Positions 57,762 to 64,000 of a stretch of DNA of 64,000 nt are shown here, in pieces. Position numbers and translations under genes: made by a program. Each line of letters opens with the position of its first letter. Position 1 is the stretch's first letter. Below the pieces are notes generated by a model. It was not told the origin of the DNA. It searched no databases and saw only the letters and a program-made list of their open reading frames with translations. The DNA is from Octopus vulgaris. Lineage: Eukaryota. The DNA is taken from assembly GCA_951406725.2 (NCBI GenBank), contig OX597819.1, positions 127,596,001 to 127,660,000 on the forward strand, given 5' to 3'.

Positions 57762-58077
57762 TCTCTATATATAAACGGCAAAATGTCTGTGTGTGTGTGT
57801 GTTACCAATCACATACAGCTAGCTGGCATTCAATTGGCGTATCAAGTTTCGGGCATTTTGATTGGGTTTTGGATAGAAAATTCACAAAAAAGTCACTTCT
57901 ATTGATTTTTTAATGGTTTTGCGGGGTGACTGGGGAAATGTAAAGATGTGCACGACCACCCTTGGACGGTTTTGAATGACCATAGAAAGTGCGAGCCCTC
58001 TAACTGAAAAATTGTGGATTTGTATAAAGGATTCACACACAGACGGATAGACATTTTGCCGTTTGTATATATAGAGA
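57762..58077. mobile_element. Element bounded by ~27-bp inverted Helitron-5'-like ends
   Basis: tctctatatataaacggcaaaatgtct / agacattttgccgtttgtatatatagaga. Confidence 0.7.
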
Positions 58078-58735
58078 CTTCAATTTAACTGTAAAATAAG
58101 TTTCGTTTTGAGCTATTTTCAAAGGTATAATATTACTTTAAAAAATTTTGTTCTACTCTTTACGAAATTCATCTCATAATCCTGAGACAGCTGACAAACG
58201 AAAATGGCCACCATTCGCTGTCAGCGAAAGGCGGCTGAGCGGCTGACAGCTAATTCTGATTGTGTGTGTGTGTGTGTCTGTGTAATCTTTATAATTATTA
58301 TTGCCTAGATTTTTCACATAAATGATGTTATTTGTGATTATTGTTCATACTGTTGTTGTTTACTTTTGTTGCTGTCAATAAAGTAAGCTTCATCATAATT
58401 ATTACATGATGATAGCGTTGCTGTCGATGCCGTGGAGGCTGATGTGATCATTGTTGCTATGTATATTCCTCTGCTGATTGGCAAGATGATAAAAAAAAAA
58501 AACCAAACGACGAACAGAAGCAAGAACTATAAATAGTAAAAAGAAATTCATTATAGTGAAACAAACCATGAAAATACGACGGCAGCATTTCACGTCATAC
58601 GACTTTCGAATAACTGAGCCCTAGTGTCAAATTTAATTTTGATTCGAATTTCTGACAAATAATAAGTATTCTGGAATTCCATATACATACATACTTATAC
58701 ACATGTATACATACATACATACATAAACTTGTGTA

Positions 58736-58736
<1 letters not shown>

Positions 58737-58820
<84 letters not shown>
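58737..58820. repeat. (TTA)n tract = (TAA)n tail/target of the adjacent LINE
   Basis: Directly follows the LINE 3' UTR on the minus strand. Confidence 0.9.
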
Positions 58821-58822
<2 letters not shown>

Positions 58823-61085
58823 ATAGTCTTATTTTTATCAGACGCTTTCACTGCACTACCGAGTGCAAATCTGTGTGCCTTGTATATGTTCTGTGGTTTG
58901 TTGTGATGCTCTTATTTTCACTGTATTGAAAGTATTTTACGTAGGATTTGTGCGGTGCCTCATAATGCTGTTTTCTGAATGGTATATAAACTTGTTAGTC
59001 CTTGTGTTTTTGTTATTTATCTGTCTGAATACTTTTTATCATACCTAATGTGCCTACTATGATAGGAATTGTTTTTGTTTTTAGACACCTCATTCAAATT
59101 AATTCTAATCCCAGGTCTTTGTATTTTGAAACTATCTCCGTTTCTCATTTTCATCTGTTGGTATTGATACATCGAATAGAAAGCATTTTTTCTTGGTGAT
59201 TTCTGACAACTATATCCGGCATATTGGCCTTTATTTCTCTATCTGTATATATTGGCATATACCAGAGTATGGTTGCTTTCTCATTTTCTGTGACCTTTCC
59301 TGGCGTGTGCCTATGCCATCTTTTTTCTGTTGTTATCCCACAGTGCTGGCATAGCTTCCAGTGTACATAGGTCCCAACTCTGACGTGTCTGTGAATATAT
59401 TCCTCCTTAGCCAGGACTGGGAAACCAGAGACCATAAGATTTATTGTTTCATCCCCATCACCACATATTCTGCAATCACTTGTGTTTATTTTCATTATAT
59501 GTTTTTGGTAATTTCTCGAGGGAAGGCTTTGATCTTGTGTTGCAATTAAAAATCCTTCAGCCTCTGCTTTGAATCCTGAGCTTCTCAGTCATTGTTGAGA
59601 TTAACTTTGTCTATTTCTTTTCTGTTTAGTTTAACTCCAGTGTTTGCCATGAAGGAGCTTTTCTTGCCATCGCGTTTTCATGATGCGTTGCTGTTCCATT
59701 TTTAGTTTGGATTTCAGTTGTTTTATAGCTTTCCTAGTTTATTCTTTGTCTTCATAGTTGTTAGATTCAATGACTTCCTTTTTGTATTTGTTAGCTTTCT
59801 TAAAGACGGAAAACAATGTCTGTCCAGTTAAGAATATTGTAGCTGTAACCTATAACTTGGACAACTAGAGTGTTGATACCTATTATCTTGTTTTTCGCAT
59901 TGAGCTTGGTTTTTAGTATGAATCTAACAGGCCTATAGTATCCCTTTCTTATATCCTCTTTCAATTGAGTGTGTTGTATCATATCTAGTTCATTGATTCC
60001 TAAGTATTTGTATGCCTGGCTTTGGTCTAATCCGCTTACTTCATTTGCTTTATCTAGTGTGATGTTGTTACTCTTGACTAGTTTTCTTCTTTTCAAGGTT
60101 ACTTTGGCACATTTTTCCAAACCAAATTTCATGTTTATTCCTTTGGTAAATCCCTGTACTGTCTGTAGTAATGTCTCCACCTGTTTATCATTTGTAGCGC
60201 ACAGTTTTAGATCATCCATATATAAGAGGTGCTGATTGTTTTACCGTAACATTTGCACCTACATCCAGTTATGTTTAGCATGTCAGATAAAGGTGTCAGT
60301 GCCAAAAAGAAAAGGAGTTGAGATAGAGTGTTTCCCTGGAATATTCTACTTCTAATGGGGATGGAATTGGTTTTTATGAGTCTCTCATTTGTCTGGAGCA
60401 GTGTCTGCCAATTATTCATGGAATGTTTTATATATTTTATGATTATTGGGGCTACCCTGTTCATGCCTTGTGTTTCTAGGATCCATCTGAGGGGAATACT
60501 ATCAAAAGCCCTTCGGTGATCGATCCAGGCCATACTTAGACCCTTCTTTCTGCGACTGTCTTCAGTTATGGCTTTATTGATCAGTAGCTGACCATTGCAG
60601 CCGTATGAGCCCTTGGGAGTATCCCTTCTGCTCTTCTAGAAACAGGTTATTTTCTTCCAGCTTGCCCATTCTCTACGATATTATTGCAGTAAAGGCTTTG
60701 TAAATTGTAAGGAGACAGGTTATCGATCTGTAATTTTGTGGGTTTGCCGTTTCAGTGGATTTGGGAATTAGGATAGTTTTTCTTTCCTTCCGTGAGTCTT
60801 TCAGGGATTGTCTCTGGCTCTGCTTGTATTTCCTTAAATGTCTTAGCGAGCTTTTTATGTGTTCCTGTTAGGTATTTTAACCAGAAGTCGGGGATCTTGT
60901 CGTGCTCGGGTGCCTTCCAGCTGCTTAATTTTTGAAGTGCCTTGGTGACATCTTCAGTTGTTATAAGGGTACAGAGTTGAGGTTCAGCGTTCGTTGTTTT
61001 GATAGGTCTTTTCTGAGGTTGTTTCTTCGTCGACTATATTTCTTTCCTAAACTCTTCCGCTTCTTCTGTTGTTGGTGCTGCAATG
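58821..61085 (-). mobile_element. RLE-type non-LTR retrotransposon (R4/Dong clade), 5' truncated, frameshifted
   Basis: Minus-strand motifs WKAP.HDKI..FWLKYL, MAWID.RRAFDSI, IFQGNTLS, YMDDLKL, MKFGLEKC, zinc knuckle CRICGDGDETI, RHxRV, ANMPDIVV (endonuclease), GTAQILRKIL. Confidence 0.92.
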
Positions 61086-61272
61086 TTCAATCTCTGACCG
61101 AGAGGTAAACAGTAACAGTACGAAATCATAAAATATATTTGCCAACTAAATGTCGCGGTCCCACAGAGGACGATATTACTGTTGTTTTTAGCTCCAGGAA
61201 GACTTCTCCTGCAATTGGCTATCGACACACGGTTTGAATAGTATTATTAGTAATATATTTGTAATATATATA

Positions 61273-61491
61273 CTCTTATCTTTTCACTCTTTTACTTGAT
61301 TCAGCCATTTGACCGCGGCCAGGCTGAAGCACCGTCTTCAGTCGAAGAAATCGACCCCAGGACTTATTCTTTCTAAGCCTAGTACTTATTTTATCGGTCT
61401 CTTTTGCCGAGCCGCTAAGTTACAGGGACGTAAACACAATAGCATCAGTTGTCAAGCGATGTTGGGGGACAAACACAGACACACAAACATA

Positions 61492-61587
<96 letters not shown>

Positions 61588-61595
61588 TATATGTA

Positions 61596-61676
<81 letters not shown>

Positions 61677-61807
61677 GTGTCCGTCTACCAAATGCACTTA
61701 CAAGGCTTTGGTCGACCCGAAGCTATAATAGAAGACACTTGCCCGGACTGAATCTGGAACCATGTGGTTGGTAAGCAAGCTACTTACCACACAGTCACTC
61801 CTGCACC
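61273..61807 (-). mobile_element. SINE family B with expanded internal (CA)/(TA)n
   Basis: Reverse-complement match to 44230-44667. Confidence 0.9.
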
Positions 61808-62435
61808 TAGATTATATATATATATATATATATGCATGCTCTTACATACATACAGACATAATTTTGAAAGGATTGGTGCAAAACAGTACATGGACAGGTT
61901 GTTGCCCATCTAGATTTGCTCGATATAAATTACATTGAATTTGATATTAATGATTTCAGGAGAACTGTTCGGGTCAATACAGCTTAAAATGACAATATTA
62001 AGGTGGTGTGCAGGTGAGTTACGTGTGCACTGGGTGTAAAGATATATATTTTGGACCAATTAAAAGTGTATTATGATTTAATTTATGTTAATGTTTTGTG
62101 GCAGTTATGTCGTTGGCGGAATGCTTATTTAATTAAGCAACTAATATCAATACAAGTTGCGAAATTACAGCTAAATTGAATTTTTAATTCACCTTGATTG
62201 GACATGAATTACAATTGAGACATTTCCCTTTTTTAATTGGGAAAACCGAATCATCAAAAATCGTCACTCAAATATTCCCGCAACCCATATTCGGACTCTT
62301 ATGAATGTTTTCTATTTTTCACAGTCGTCCGAAATCGTAATCGAGTAACTAGGATTAAAGATTTCAGATGATTCAGCGCCCAATAATTTATCCCTTTTTT
62401 ACTTATAATGCTGAATAATTTTCTCTCTCTCTCTC

Positions 62436-62518
<83 letters not shown>

Positions 62519-62868
62519 CTCATGTCTCCACTCGCGTGTGTTCATTTATTTATTCCCTCTCACAAATACACCATGCATACACACACATTAAAACACACAC
62601 ACAAATATATATACATGCTGTACATATGTAACACGTACATTAACCTGTGCGTGTGTGTGTGTGTGTGCGTATGTGTGCGTGTGTGTATGTGTTTTCTTTT
62701 GTTTACGAAACTAATAAATTGATGTCATTTCAATTTTTCTATATCGTACATTTTCAAAATGTATTAAAATTTTGTTTCCTTATTTATTAATATTATCATC
62801 CTTCATTATTATTATTATAGTTGTTGTTGTTGCTGCCATTGGTGTTGTCGTTGTTTTTGTTATTATTA

Positions 62869-62908
<40 letters not shown>

Positions 62909-62918
62909 CATTATTATT

Positions 62919-62965
<47 letters not shown>

Positions 62966-63178
62966 TCGCTTTTAGTATTTTATTAATATTGCAGTCAACA
63001 TCAGCATCATGTCTGTCACCAAAATTACCAATATTATTGTTTCTCAATAAATATAGATATATATATAGATATAGATTATACATAGACATACAGATATATA
63101 TTACATATTTATATTATAATACATATAATACTTAATATGAGTATCTGTGTATATTTGTATATGTACATATATATTATT

Positions 63179-63210
<32 letters not shown>

Positions 63211-63237
63211 CTTATATTATATATATATATGCATAAA

Positions 63238-63296
<59 letters not shown>

Positions 63297-63552
63297 CATA
63301 CACGTATGTAATTTTTATTTATCACATATGTATAAATATATTAAAATAATAACAGATTTTTTTTCTTTCGTCACTAGAATTAAGTTTCTATTTTCATTAA
63401 AAAAATAAATGATGGGTGTGGGGGGGGGGAGATGTTATCCTGTGAACAAGAATAAAAAATAACATTATGGAATTTAATTCCATAGATTATTGCAAAAGAA
63501 CTGTAACATTCTAAAGCACACATACCCAAACACACATACATACATATATATA

Positions 63553-63632
<80 letters not shown>

Positions 63633-63833
63633 ACATGTATACAGATATATATACACACAGACAGGCGTATACACAAATGCATACGCATATACACGACAAA
63701 AATATTCTAAATATTGTTCGTTTGTACATCAGAAAATATGTCGCTGTACGTACGTGTTTCCACGCACTCACACATGCACATATACTCGCAGTTATATACA
63801 ATGCACATGCATAAGAATACACGCACGTAGATG

Positions 63834-63892
<59 letters not shown>

Positions 63893-64000
63893 TTTGAGAT
63901 GGAGTATTTAATAAACGTACATTTAACTACCCTATGGAAATATGTATGTGCTTGCCATATATATCCATGTACCTGGGCGCTTCCCTGTGTATGTATATGT

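Overview
Eukaryotic, extremely microsatellite-rich, repeat-dominated window; the SINE families and simple-repeat load point to a coleoid cephalopod (Octopus-like) genome (inference, not proven). I found no convincing host protein-coding exon; nearly all long ORFs in the track are translations of simple repeats. The recognisable content is decayed transposons: several Tc1/mariner copies, a Helitron carrying a PIF1-helicase fragment, an R4/Dong-type RLE LINE with a (TAA)n tail, CR1 and L1/Tx1 fragments, hAT/Tc1 MITEs and many tRNA-derived SINEs. The most interesting signal is a set of short non-coding elements embedded in (TA)n/(TATC)n tracts that carry type I hammerhead-ribozyme (HHR) motifs with short stem III, as in Penelope-like elements/retrozymes: two copies of a canonical-core family (1592-1680, 18353-18440), four copies of a family with a constant non-canonical CUGUNGA core, a third HHR type at 48034, and a 190-bp palindrome built from an HHR 3' half. 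Also notable are head-to-tail SINE multimers with an identical junction at two loci and recurrent fold-back inversions centred on microsatellites. Coordinates were read by eye; ends of decayed elements are approximate.
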